A stretch of 63,611 nt of DNA, counting the filler, from Rhabdomonas costata (Eukaryota), in the NCBI GenBank assembly GCA_019059605.1. It is 50 parts of 50 records of this genome, joined end to end, with 100 filler letters (N's around TTAATTAATTAA, not from the genome) between each part and the next. Parts side by side here need not be neighbours in the genome. Positions count along the whole stretch, not along the records: positions 12,739 to 13,913 come from JAHMHO010024998.1; positions 14,014 to 15,188 come from JAHMHO010024999.1; positions 15,289 to 16,461 come from JAHMHO010025000.1; positions 16,562 to 17,736 come from JAHMHO010025001.1; positions 17,837 to 19,011 come from JAHMHO010025002.1; positions 19,112 to 20,285 come from JAHMHO010025003.1; positions 20,386 to 21,560 come from JAHMHO010025004.1; positions 21,661 to 22,834 come from JAHMHO010025005.1; 42 more parts are not named here. One strand, written 5' to 3'. Made by a program: the position numbers and the translations under genes. Within the stretch, counting starts at the first letter, position 1; every line of letters starts with the position of its first letter. Below the pieces are notes generated by a model. The model saw only the letters and a list, made by a program, of their open reading frames with translations. It had not been told where the DNA came from and did not search any database. Below are positions 13,051 to 25,800 of this stretch, one piece after another.

Positions 13051-13905
13051 GTGCTGTTCTCTTACGCTGTGCCCCTGCGTCGGGAGTTTGACCTCCACAG
13101 TGCCGCTGTCGTGCTTCTTCGAAGGCATCAGCAGCAGCGGCAGCAGCAGCAGAGCCGCCCGGTAGCTCATCCACTTTTTTCATTGCCACCTCAAGAGCAG
13201 CCTACTGTCCTGGACCCAGCATACCCCGATTCTGACCCTGGCCCGGATCCGGACGAGGCGGAGGACCAGTTGTGGCGGGTGGCGGAAGAGCTTCTGGATG
13301 GCCCCGCTGCGGTATGAGATGAGATGAGGTGCGATGAGATGATATGAGTAGAGACTGGAGACGACTCGGTCCCTATATAACGGCTCCCCCCCTTGGCGTT
13401 TTCGTTTGTTTGACATGCCAACATATACACATATACACATATTCACTAACCCAGTCAACCAAGCCATAGCCCGTCTAGTTGGTCTCGTATTGCGGTAGTC
13501 GCCTGAACTCAGACGGAGGTGTTAGGCAAGTAAGACAAAGGCAATTCAAACACTGGTATGCGCGACAATGGTTCAGTGGTTGCACCCTAACTCACACCCA
13601 ACCCTTGCGAAATGAGATTAAGGTGGGCAAAGGTGACGCGCAGTTTCTTTTTCGCACCCTTGATGGGCGTAGCCCCCCTCCCGTGCACCACTCTGATGTT
13701 TTAATCACTAATCCTTTCTTTCCCTCCTCATACCTGCACCCTTCTGTCTGTGTTCGCGCAGCAACATTCCCTGAGCTTCGTGCATCTCCGCCAGCTGTGC
13801 CGGTCACTGCTGGACACCCTGCGCCACGCCGTCTCCGAGGCCGCGGGGTTCCTCGCTCTGCACCCCATCGCTGTTCAGGCCGTGCTGCTTTCGGGCTACG
13901 CCCCC
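13051..13905 (+). CDS. Two exons (13051-13311, 13762-contig end), unknown protein with poly-Q
   Basis: ttag|VLFSYAVPLRREF...ELLDGPAA|gtatga and gcag|QHSLSFVHLRQLCRSLLDTLRHAVSEAAG; both phase 0. Confidence 0.55.
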
Positions 13906-14294
13906 CCACACCCNNNNNNNNNNNNNNNNNNNNNNNNNNNNNNNNNNNNNNNNNNNNTTAATTAATTAANNNNNNNNNNNNNNNNNNNNNNNNNNNNNNN
14001 NNNNNNNNNNNNNGTGTGGGGGGGCAACCACCTCTCGGCAACTTCAAACACGAGCCCATCAGCTTACCTTCTAACCTTCTTAGACAAACATCTCAAACAC
14101 ATGATATGATTCACAATGTGAAGAAAAAACGTTCACACATCATTCACCCCCTTCTGCTAACCACCTTCCATCAACCCCCTAGGAGTGAAATAGTATCGAT
14201 TTAGCGAAAGTGTGTTAAGGTGTGACACGGCAATCATTTTCACTCGTGGATACTCGTGGATCCACGTTCTGCACAGCACAGTAGGCTAAGTTTA

Positions 14295-14985
<691 letters not shown>

Positions 14986-17222
14986 TCAAAACGGTCAGAT
15001 CGCAACAAGAGACGAACAAAGATGCCAAGCTCAACGGCGATCCAGCGTAAAAGGGAAAACGAGAAATCAGATGTGTGGAAGGAAGGGCATCTGGACGATT
15101 TGTCTGCGCTCCTTATATCCTCTAAAAGTTCTCTCTTGCTGAACCCACCCGACCGAGTGAGGGGAAGAGAGGGTGGCTAAAAAAACAANNNNNNNNNNNN
15201 NNNNNNNNNNNNNNNNNNNNNNNNNNNNNNNNTTAATTAATTAANNNNNNNNNNNNNNNNNNNNNNNNNNNNNNNNNNNNNNNNNNNNTGTGTTGGGTGT
15301 TTGGTGGGAAACAACTGGTTTTCCAAAAAAACAGGTTTACGCGGCCCTGGTGGTGGTGGGGTGTTATTGGGGGCTGTATTGGTTGTACTCGTTGACATTC
15401 TGTGCGGTTGCTTGTACTTGTTGGTCTCAGATCTCAAAGCTTGCTGCCAACCCTACGTGGGTGCTGTGGGGTGTTCTCGCCCTGCCTGTGGTTCTATTCT
15501 TCTTTCTTGGGATTGGCTCGGTGGACAGCGACCAGCGCCGTGCATTCGCAGAGGGCGCCCCAGGACGTTGCGTTGATGTGTCACCCCCCTCAGGGAGACC
15601 GCTCGGGGGACCAGGCGGAAATGAAGTTCATTGTGAACCTGAGGTAAAGGGTGTGTGTGTGTGTGTGCTTGCGGGGACCTTTTCTCGCCCTACTTTCAGT
15701 GAGCTCTTCTGTCCCTGTCCTCCCCCCCCCCTCTTGTGACCTGTTTCTGCTACTTCAGTCACTTTTGTTGCCGTTCTCGGGTGGCTCCCCGGTAATTTCT
15801 TCTTCAACTGGTCCACTTGCAATAATGCAGCTGGTCCGTGTCATCAAACCTGCAGAGAAGGGAGGGTAGCGTTCCAAGCCTACAAAGTTCCCGTGCGGCA
15901 TCATCTCCCTTTCGCTGCGGCACCAGCACGTGTTGGCTTTTCTCTTCTTTGCAGCCGTCCACCTCCTCCGAATTCTTCTTGCTGAAAGCGTTTCTCGACA
16001 CCTCCTCACCTCCCTCCCGCCCACCGAAAAACCTGCCGAAGCAAAGGAAAAATAAAGAAGCGCGTGCCCCTTTACAGAGAAGGCCAGTCGCACTTTTCAC
16101 ATAAACCTGCAAAAAATAAACTTCGCCATAAACTACGAAAACCGAAACGAAAGGCACTTTTTGTACTCCTTTTGGTAAGCATTCACAACACAAACGTGCG
16201 ACGGTTAGGGCTGGAAAACTTTTCTTTTGAAGCCCCATATGAAAGTCACGGCACTACGTCACAGCAGTACGGGTAGCACAGACACAAAGGAAACATTTCT
16301 GCTGAAAAACCTTTCACTACAAATTGGATTACCCCTGAGGGTCTTTTTATGTACAGTGGACCTCCCGAAACGCTTTTTCTTTTTTTTCTTTTTGAAAATC
16401 CTTTGTTTCCGCTGTTCAGTAATGTCGCGACGATCGTTAATGAGCAGCGAACCACAAAACANNNNNNNNNNNNNNNNNNNNNNNNNNNNNNNNNNNNNNN
16501 NNNNNTTAATTAATTAANNNNNNNNNNNNNNNNNNNNNNNNNNNNNNNNNNNNNNNNNNNNAGCACTCCTCGACGAGGAGGTTGATGACGGCGACGAAGA
16601 GAACATGGGCAGTTCATCTTTTCACCAGCCTAGTTCCCTCGCCGCAGCAGACACCTCCTCGTCCATGCTTCAGGCACCTGCAGCGGGTGGGGGACATGGA
16701 ACAAGATGCGCGTGAGCATGCGGGCGCGGAGAGCTCGGAAACTGAGACCTTTGAACCTGCCTGCAGAGTGTTCCGAGGTAGGTTCCCAGAGGGGCTTCGG
16801 TCGGAGTGTGTGGGCGTTTATGGGAGTGGACTCCTTTGTAGTTGCTGCTGTTGTCTTGCTTCACCAGTGTCTTCCTTCATTGACTGCTTGAAAGCTTTTG
16901 TTATTGTTCCTCCCTTCAAGCTGTACTTTTTTCCCACACTCACGTTCTCCTCTTCTCTTTTCATCTGTGCGGCTGTCGTGTGCGCCGGACTTTGAACACT
17001 GGTGTGTCATCAGTATGTTGTTGTAGGTGGGGTCTGTTTCAGACCGACATGCCGCACATCCCAACTAATCCTCCACTCAATCTCACACTTGCAATGCCAC
17101 CTCCTCCCCCCAACTGAGCATGACCCCACCTTTTGTTGGGTTCTCATTCTTTTTATTGAGACAGAACCTTGCGTTTTTCTGAACGGAGGTGCTTAGTGGA
17201 GGAAGAGATCGACAGAAGACGA

Positions 17223-17417
17223 ATGGCCGGGAAGACCTGTGTTGTGGTTGGTGCTGGAGTTGGTCTTGGAATGGCCATCGCCCGACGGTTCGCCCGGGCG
17301 GGTTACCAAGTGTGCGCCACCCGCCGCCACGGTGAGGAGGCCAGAAAAGCCGCGGACGCCCTGCAGCTGGAGATTCCAGGCAGCAAAATTGTGGGCTTTG
17401 GGGTGGATGCTCGCAAG
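17223..17417 (+). CDS. Short-chain dehydrogenase/reductase, first exon
   Basis: MAGKTCVVVGAGVGLGMAIARRFARAGYQVCATRR...GVDARK has the Rossmann GxGxGxG motif, ARRFA and DAR. Coding character stops at ~17417-17420. Confidence 0.88.
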
Positions 17418-19117
17418 GAAATGCCCCAACCTTCCCCTTCCCACGCCTTACACATACTCGCGAGTACACACACGTGCTTTCATTTTGAGTAGGTGTACTT
17501 TTGTTGACCCTAATTATGAATCAGCGACTCTACGGTCTCATACTTGATGTCAAAGTTACAATTAAAAACTTCATCAAAACGGTCTCTCTCTCTCTCTCTC
17601 TCTCTCATGGTCTCTCTCGCGGAACGTTTGTTTGGCTCATTCCATTGTCAATTGATCACACCATCACTGGAGGGGATGGAACATGCCCAAGTTGCAAACA
17701 GGTGTCGCATTTCTAGTGTATTTTGGAAAACACAAANNNNNNNNNNNNNNNNNNNNNNNNNNNNNNNNNNNNNNNNNNNNTTAATTAATTAANNNNNNNN
17801 NNNNNNNNNNNNNNNNNNNNNNNNNNNNNNNNNNNNGGGTTGGGGTGTGTTGGGTGCGTTTTTTTTTGTGGGGACAGTGGATAGCTGACGATGCTTGAGG
17901 CCCACTTCCGAGAAATTTCAACAAGTAGCAACGGAGGCTCAGCGCAGTTTAAGGGGTGATGGGGTTCCGAGGGTGTTTCTCACTGGCATACCACCAAAGT
18001 GCGTGTGAGTGGTGGGGGCGGCGGCGATCGTGGTGGCTGTAGAATTTCTTTTGAAATCCTCAATTTGAACGGCTTGGGAGGGAATAATTATTTTTCAAAC
18101 GGCGCACTGAAAAGGATACCCGTAGACATGGCTTTCTCTCATCACACGCAAGCAAAATGGGGGTTTTCAGGAACTTTTCAGCCTTTTTGGATAGTAAGAT
18201 TAGTGTCATTACATCTCGTCTTCAATGTTCCGTAGCGTGTGCGAGTATACGACCAGCCATCACTCGTGGTCCCAGGAATGCATCAGGGTCAATCATCATG
18301 TTTACTGGGCCCCCAGGTCACCACCGGAGGTAGAGAGGTGCACCTAGGGTATACCCCTCTCGTGAATTCCTGCACCCCACCCCTCAGCGTATTTTGCTCA
18401 GAACCCAGGGTGGGAGGGTACCAAGTCCCAAAGTACGTGGTGGTCGCCCTCGGCGGGCTCCGTTTCGCGTATTTGGTATATTTGGGTTAGTCAGTTTTTG
18501 CAGGATCATCACTTCACCTGGAACTCTCACTTTTGGTATGACCAACAACACACTACAGCAGGGTTTTCTGCAGTTGCCATTGAACCGGTGGAAGCGGCAC
18601 TAGTAGTCTGTCCTTCGATTAGAGGGCCGAAAAGGGCGATTGCCTCGGCCTTTGTGTGCGTGCATTTGTCATCCTGTACGCCCCGTTCTGATGTCAATTT
18701 TCATCCCCTCTTGTAAATAGGTTGCACGACCACCTCATCCATTCTCTGCTGCTTCCTTACCTCTCCCTTACCTCTCGTCGTGCCCTCGTCGTGTTCATCC
18801 TTCACCTCTAACATAGTTTTCCCCCTCCCCTCTCTTTTTCCAATCACTTCTCTATATTTGTACCAGCGTCGATGCCACAATCATGCCAATCTGTCCTTCA
18901 CGTGATGATGGGTCCATGTGGCCAAGCCGTCTCTGCATTTCGCAAAGGTGCCTGTTTCTCTGCGCTTTTGTGCGGATTCATTTATAACAGGCCCCCATGG
19001 CACACCCCCCANNNNNNNNNNNNNNNNNNNNNNNNNNNNNNNNNNNNNNNNNNNNTTAATTAATTAANNNNNNNNNNNNNNNNNNNNNNNNNNNNNNNNN
19101 NNNNNNNNNNNTTTTTG

Positions 19118-19187
19118 TGTGTCAGCATCTCTGGGTCCGTTCCTGAAAATCCGGATGCTCAGGAACGGACCCAGAGATGCTGACACA
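19118..19187. repeat. 29-bp inverted repeat at contig start (likely fold-back chimera)
   Basis: 19118-19146 is the reverse complement of 19159-19187. Confidence 0.88.
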
Positions 19188-19592
19188 GAATAACGGACAC
19201 AGAAACCCCTCTACGGATGGTAATCATGCGTGTACCGCTCGCGTTAAGGTACTTTGAACTAGTGATATCAAAACTTGACACTGAAAGAGGATGTTTCCTC
19301 CTCTTCTGCCGCCCCTTTCTCTTTCTGCTCTGACTTCTGTTTTGTGAGACGGGCATATGAACAGCTGGGTTGCAATGCACCTTGACGATGTTCCAGGCGC
19401 TCTCTCTCTGATATGTTCAGCTCAGCACAAAGGCCTTTAACCCGTCCCGGGCCGTTATGAACCAGCCAACCGATGATCGGGGAAGCCTATGGTCTCGTAC
19501 ACGGTGAAGAAGTGCCACAGGGCCAAAAGCAGATTCTAGACGCAATCGACCATGTGAATTCTATGCTCTCACCTTCTCTGTGGCAAAAATAG

Positions 19593-19846
19593 ATACGACC
19601 TGGAGTACACCCGGAGCAAGCAGCAGCAGCGGTCGCAGGACTATGGGGTGAGCTCCAGTACCTTCCCGGCCCCAGCGCCGCCCTCCCCAAAGGCGAAGCG
19701 CTGGGAGCCCTTCTCTGGGCTCAGCAGCGGTGACGCCGAGGGAGAGGAGGGGGAGGAGGACCCCGGAGAGGACGACGACGTGGAGGACTCCATGGGGGTC
19801 TTCCTGGACGAGTACTTCCAGACCATAGTTCAGAAAGCAACCAAAG
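19593..19846 (+). CDS. Internal exon, acidic low-complexity protein (begins with YD, possibly the end of a J-domain)
   Basis: atag|a YDLEYTRSKQQQR...EDDDVEDSMGVFLDEYFQTIVQKATK g|gtacct; high GC3. Confidence 0.55.
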
Positions 19847-20389
19847 GTACCTCCTACACATTTCTCTTAGTTTTTTCGCCGAATATCGCGGTGGACACTT
19901 TTATTTGGCGAACTTATGAGGCGTTTGGTGTCCCTTTTGTCCAAAAAATGACACAATCCGACTTTTTGAGTTCGCCAAATAAAAAGTGTCCACCGCGATA
20001 TTATCCGCATCACCTCAAAAAGTCACGGCGGAAAAAGATGCACTTCAAATCAGGCATTTTCGGACTCAGAAGCTGAAAAGGGGTAGTGAAAACCCTGGTT
20101 CTGGCCTGGAGGAGTTTATGGTTCTTTTAGGCCTGTACTTTGTTTTTCTTCCCCTTAGTCTTACTTTTGAGATGACGGGGCCATATCTTTTGCAACCCAA
20201 AGAATGCTAACTCAGACGGTTGTCCCGTGTTGCCAGCTCCCTTACAGATGAGACAGCTCCGAATTCCTTAACCCTGGCTGCAACANNNNNNNNNNNNNNN
20301 NNNNNNNNNNNNNNNNNNNNNNNNNNNNNTTAATTAATTAANNNNNNNNNNNNNNNNNNNNNNNNNNNNNNNNNNNNNNNNNNNNTTGT

Positions 20390-20920
20390 GTGGGTATCAC
20401 AATGGGTGCAGTACTCGCATTGGGCTTGGTCAGCAGCATTCTGATCTCCGCGCTGATTACCATTCCATTGTTTCGGCTTGCCCACGGGATGAGCCAGATG
20501 GCCGTGCTGAAGATGGAGGATGGCGATGGCAAGGGATCTCTGCTCGCCTCGCGATCCGGATTCCTGGAAGTCTCCATTTGTGAGAGCTCCTTTCTCGCCC
20601 TGGAAAGGTTCCTGCTCTGCTCATAAAGTTTTCAAATTTCCTTATACCCTCCGAACGGGGTATTTCTCTGGTTTAGGAAGAGTTTTTCTCATCTCAAGGT
20701 TGATTGTTCCGTCGCTGTTTTCTGCTTTGCTTTTCAGAGGTCTGAAGGCCTTCGTGAGGTACGTGCCCCGAGACGTCGTGAAGATGATGCTGACGGGGTC
20801 GATGGAAGTGGGCAGCGTGATGGTTCGCAAGGTGGTCAGCATCATGTTCGCGGACATCGCGGGCTTCTCGACGCTATGTGAGCAGATCCTCTCTGAAGAG
20901 CTGGTGCTGCTGATGACGCA
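20390..20920 (+). CDS. Membrane class III adenylate/guanylate cyclase: TM + HAMP-like + start of catalytic domain (exons to 20607; 20738-20920)
   Basis: TM helix LALGLVSSILISALITIPLFRLAHGM, then ER|GLKAFVRYVPRDVVKMML...VSIMFADIAGFSTLCE with the catalytic F-x-D-I-x-G-F motif; phase-2 intron is consistent. Confidence 0.92.
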
Positions 20921-21255
20921 GTATGTTCCTCTCTTTTGTTTTGTCCCCCCCCTCTAGCTCACCCATCCGGAGTTCACTCGGAAGCATTGTCATTCCTTCG
21001 TGTACCTTACCCTTCGAGTGGCAATGGGGCCATTGGGTTTCGGAAACAGGAGGCAAACTCATTTGGCGTACCTTCACCAAACGGACACACGTCCAAGAAG
21101 AGAGAATTGTTGGTAATTGTGGGCTATTGTGGGCTATTGTGAGCCCAACATTAACCCATGTGAAGCCATTCCTTCAGTGAGAGCTTGCTGTACTCCAGAA
21201 TCCCATCGCCCAGGGGCTTAATGTTTAAGATATAAGCAGATTTAGTTGCAGTCAA

Positions 21256-21555
21256 AACCCATACTTGGACAAAAAAAAGACAAGTTTTTCTTCCTCAGAG
21301 CACAATTCTTGCAAGTCAAAAAGGTTATCATAGCTGCAAAAGAGCAAAAAGAGACATCGCTTTCATCGCCTCCAAACCCGAGATATGTTGCTTCCCCGTA
21401 AGTGCATCGCTCCTTAACCCCCTGCGAGAATATTAACCCATACTTGGACAAAAAAAAGACAAGTTTTTCTTCCTCAGAGCACAATTCTTGCAAGTCAAAA
21501 AGGTTATCATAGCTGCAAAAGAGCAAAAAGAGACATCGCTTTCATCGCCTCCAAA
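21256..21555 (-). mobile_element. 121-bp direct repeat (period 179) in a possible decayed Merlin/IS1595-like transposase N-terminus, within the cyclase contig
   Basis: 21256-21376 equals 21435-21555. The minus strand reads YDNLFDLQELCSEEEKLVFFLSKYGLIFSQGVKERCTYG, similar to the ORF at 59951-60117. The repeat is certain; TE identity is inference. Confidence 0.45.
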
Positions 21556-21759
21556 ACCACNNNNNNNNNNNNNNNNNNNNNNNNNNNNNNNNNNNNNNNN
21601 NNNNTTAATTAATTAANNNNNNNNNNNNNNNNNNNNNNNNNNNNNNNNNNNNNNNNNNNNTGTGGTGTGGTCAAGTTGTGAATTGTCGGTCCAATCCTCA
21701 ACCTGTAAGAGCAAATGGGGGGATTTCCTGTGAGTTGGGAGTGGTTCACACATTCGCAG

Positions 21760-22795
21760 CGGAAGTACGTCCGCCCCGACCTTGGCGTGGACAGCGTGAA
21801 GAAGCTGCCCGAGTTTGACCTTCGCAAGGAGGCCCATCGCACCCACCCCGAGGATATCCTGCACCAGCTCTTCCCTCCAATGTATGAGGATCTTTTATTG
21901 TTCTCCTCTTTTTGTGTAGTCGGGTGAATCTCTCGGTGCCCTAGGCATCAGCTTGGAATTCCTAATTCTCGTCTATAATTTTTACTCCCTTGTCCATCGA
22001 CTAACAATCGAATCTTTCGTGACTTGACTGTCCCTTTAACCGCGACCTTATGACTGTGACACACGGAGTTCTTAAATTCTCCTCCGATCTATTCTGACAG
22101 TGTCGAAGACTTACATAATTACAGTGAGTTGCTTTTCCGCTCATGACACGAATTTTGGGACGAGGGAGAGATTCAGGGCACCAAAACTTGACTTCAGAGC
22201 AATATGAACCGCCTTGGCAAGTGCCTCATCTTGCGGTTTGCAGTTGTTGTTGTTGAAGATGGTCTGTTTCAGTTTAATTGCTGTTTCTGGCAAAATGGTC
22301 CCTCAGGCTTGCATCCTCTCCCGTTACGCGCACCAGGACTTGGGAAGAGGATGGGGAGACCTGGGTGCAGTTTTTGGACTGCGAGGCCGCGGGCCGAATG
22401 GACGTGATCACCCTGCAGGTTTCTGCTCTTGTCTGTTTTCTTTTTGCTCAAGACGATCGACCTTGATTTTGGTTCCATTTAGTTCCCACATTCCAGTGGA
22501 CGATTCGCAGGGGTGCGAGAACTCATCACACGTCCTTCGTGGCAATCCTGGCAAACGAGAACCTCCATTTCACCTCATTTGCTGTTAAATCAGAACCCGT
22601 GAGAGTTCAGCTCGTTTTAACAATATAACGCCGTTTGAATTTAACGGCGAAGCGTTCCCACCCGTGACTTGAAGGAGCGAAGAGGAGTGTCCTTTTTGGT
22701 ATTTCCAGGAGCAGCTTGATCTGCGGTGCCAGCAGCGCAATGCACTGAAGGCGGGGATCTGCGCCGTGCGGGAAGACCTCTACCAGCAGTGCTTT
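21760..22795 (+). CDS. DNALI1: Axonemal inner-arm dynein light chain p28-like (exons 21760-21881, 22337-22418, 22709-22795+)
   Basis: EDILHQLFPP(M)TWEEDGETWVQFLDCEAAGRMDVITLQ|EQLDLRCQQRNALKAGICAVREDLYQQCF matches the p28 motifs (ILPPREW, RLDVINLQ, RQARETGICPIREELY). Confidence 0.88.
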
Positions 22796-22826
22796 GCGCT
22801 GCTGGCACCGCAGATCAAGCTGCTCC
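22708..22826. repeat. 33-bp inverted duplication truncating the p28 exon (fold-back chimera)
   Basis: 22794-22826 is the reverse complement of 22708-22740 and replaces the expected DELIRQ-like continuation. Confidence 0.92.
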
Positions 22827-25800
22827 CAAAAACANNNNNNNNNNNNNNNNNNNNNNNNNNNNNNNNNNNNNNNNNNNNTTAATTAATTAANNNNNNNNNN
22901 NNNNNNNNNNNNNNNNNNNNNNNNNNNNNNNNNNGGTTTGTTTGCGAGGGGTGTTTGTTTTATTTGCTCGGGTTTAGCGTGCGGGGTTTTAGGCGCCTCG
23001 AACCAGGGGCCAAAAGCAAGGCCTAGGGTTGAGGCGGTTTTCTAAGCTGCGGGACCCGCTTAATCCTTCCGCATTGGAAATGCGATGGGTTTTCGTCCGC
23101 GAGGGCGCCAGGGGGAAACACAGGGAATATCATTCGGGCGTTTTTTTTTTTGACATAAGGCTCGGACGAACGGGAGCACAACGAAGGCGGCGCACGCGCC
23201 AAGGCGCGGGCCCGAGAAAACTCGGGCAAGACAACCCGACCAAGAAAGCACGGGGGTGACGGGCGCGAAAAAAGAAGGAACCGTCACTAATTCTCGTGGC
23301 GTGGGGGAAGGGGGGCCAAACACGCACTACACCTTGGGGCGGTGTGCTGTGGCGCGTCCTGGGGCTTCAAGTGCCGCCCACCCGCCACACACACTCCCAA
23401 ACACACGCTCACTCGCTTACTCTGGAAACACTTTATCGCGCCGCAGCGACAGTCTGCCCCTTGTTTCCGTGCGCTAGAACTATGCCAATGACTTGCGCCT
23501 CTTCCTCATTTCACTTTATCTCCGAATTTCTTTGCATCACGGCAATATCCTCGGGCACCTTTCGTCATTCTTTGCTTTCCTGCTTTTCCCTTTTCGTTGA
23601 CATCCATTTCTGCCACAGCGGCCCCAGATCCATTGCGCAGGTGCACAACCAGCGCCCTTGGATGCTGAATTTTGTCTCGCGCCGGGTTGGGCGAGAGCGC
23701 AGCAATACCTTCGCCCTGCCACAGGACATGAGTTCACAGCAGCCAATACCTTCGCCCTCCGAATTGCGCGTCGGCTAAAGTGCACGGCCATCCACCGCGC
23801 GTGGAAATGCGGTAGGTTCATAACAAACACCGCACTTCAGCACGGACACTCAGTGAAGCTCATCGCTCACGACGTCCTTGCTCTCCACTGCTCACCCAAT
23901 CTCTCGCTTTGTATTGATGTCGAGCTCTTCTCACCCCCCCTGACAGGCTATTCGGCAAGGGCTAAAGGAGAAGCCCTCTACCCCATGTAAAACTGATCGT
24001 GTCCAGAGAAACCGCATGATAAAAAAGAAGGCGGGGTCGTGGCCATCGCAGCAACTGCGTCGATGTTACTGGAGGAGCCATCCCAAAGCAGAAGGGCTCC
24101 CCCAAACCCNNNNNNNNNNNNNNNNNNNNNNNNNNNNNNNNNNNNNNNNNNNNTTAATTAATTAANNNNNNNNNNNNNNNNNNNNNNNNNNNNNNNNNNN
24201 NNNNNNNNNGTGGTTGGGTTCAAACCAATGTGTTGTGTGTTTGTCATTTCCAGGAAGTTGCTCTGGTTGTTAACAGTTTCTTCGTGGGACATGGATTAAT
24301 GTGACGTGATAGTTGCTGTGAGAACGGTGCCCGTTTAAGTAGTGTTTAGTAATTGGTTTTGGTTGTGTAACCGCGTTTTTGTTTATGTGGCATTTTTCAT
24401 TTATTTTTCTTCGCAGTCGTCAGACAGCGAGTAATTGTCGGCCTTCACCCTTGGCACACGTATTGCATTCATGCTGGCTGGGGTATTTCTCTTCTTTTGC
24501 CTGTGGCCGCTGCGAGGATGACTGACCGCACCACTGCTTTAAGACATGCAAACTGTTGCTGACGCAAAGAAAGCGAACTTGAACTGAACGTGAACTGAAT
24601 GTCTTCCAGCTTGAATTGAATTGTGGATTTATGTGTGTGCGCCTAGTGAACACGTTGTGATCAATTTTCAGGTTGTTAGTTATATTTACGTCCTCGCAGT
24701 GCACACGTGACACTTGTATGATTAGAGTTAACCGAATGAATACCCTGTGACAGTACCCAATAAAGACGCCAGCTCCATTGAAAACTTTTTTATCAAATTT
24801 AGACATAACGTGTTGTAGTTCCGTGAAATATTCACATGCGTCCGTTTTTTCAAGTACATGGACTCATTGCGTGTTAATCCGCGTTCACAATGCATAAATA
24901 AGAGCTTACTTTCACACCATATAACAAATGAACCTTATTACTTATCCTATGTGTACCCAAAACTAAGCAAAAGCCACATACGTGGACATTTCCGCAAAGT
25001 AATTTACATTAGTTTCCTGTAACAAGGCTTTTCATCGTTCCTCACAAAGTTGCACAGGTTCGAAGTTACGCTTCAAACTGCCTTGAATCGTACGCAATTC
25101 GTGCGTAACTGCGACTAACTAGTCAGGACGTATATTATTTGAAATTGCATGAGTTTTTTTATGCGTCATGCTGATCCAAGAAAATGTTTAGCGTGCTTTC
25201 CATTGCGTGGTTGCAGTCATTTTCCTCAGAAAACAACGCCGACCATCTACAGAGCCGTATACAACATCTCTTTGAGAACAAAACTGAGCGCGCAGACAAT
25301 AACAAACCGCATACACCGTAGCGCATAACAAGTGCGCAACTTTGACTAATCAAAAGGCACGCATTTTCCACCCCCACAANNNNNNNNNNNNNNNNNNNNN
25401 NNNNNNNNNNNNNNNNNNNNNNNTTAATTAATTAANNNNNNNNNNNNNNNNNNNNNNNNNNNNNNNNNNNNNNNNNNNNGGTTGGGGGGTCCAGCCTGCG
25501 TGGAGCGTACCGATGTGCCGGGCCACGACCGCTGCCAATGCCGCAACGGCGGGGCAGCGCCCTCTTCCCAGCACTGCAGCACCACCGGAGTTTTGGGGGT
25601 CACTCGGATGTCTCTGCCTCTGCGGTGTGGAAACTACCACAGCCGTGGCTGCGATTGGATTTCTTTCTTCTTGAGTTCGTTCGAGGCGAGAGGGCTTGCG
25701 GCGTGTGGAGATTGTAAATTTCGGCGATGCCTCTCTCTCCGATCATGTCCCTCGTGCTTTTTGGGGGGCTGCTATGTTAGAGACCGCCTGCCCTTCCACC

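Noticed and set aside
18380-18470. Minus-strand HHVLWDLVPSHPG, reminiscent of LINE RNase H
   Set aside because: Lacks the following GNE-x-AD motif and is surrounded by stops.
24420-24806. AT-rich ORF with VFNGAG, reminiscent of Pif1/RecD helicase
   Set aside because: No Walker A/B or other helicase motifs recoverable; too decayed to support.
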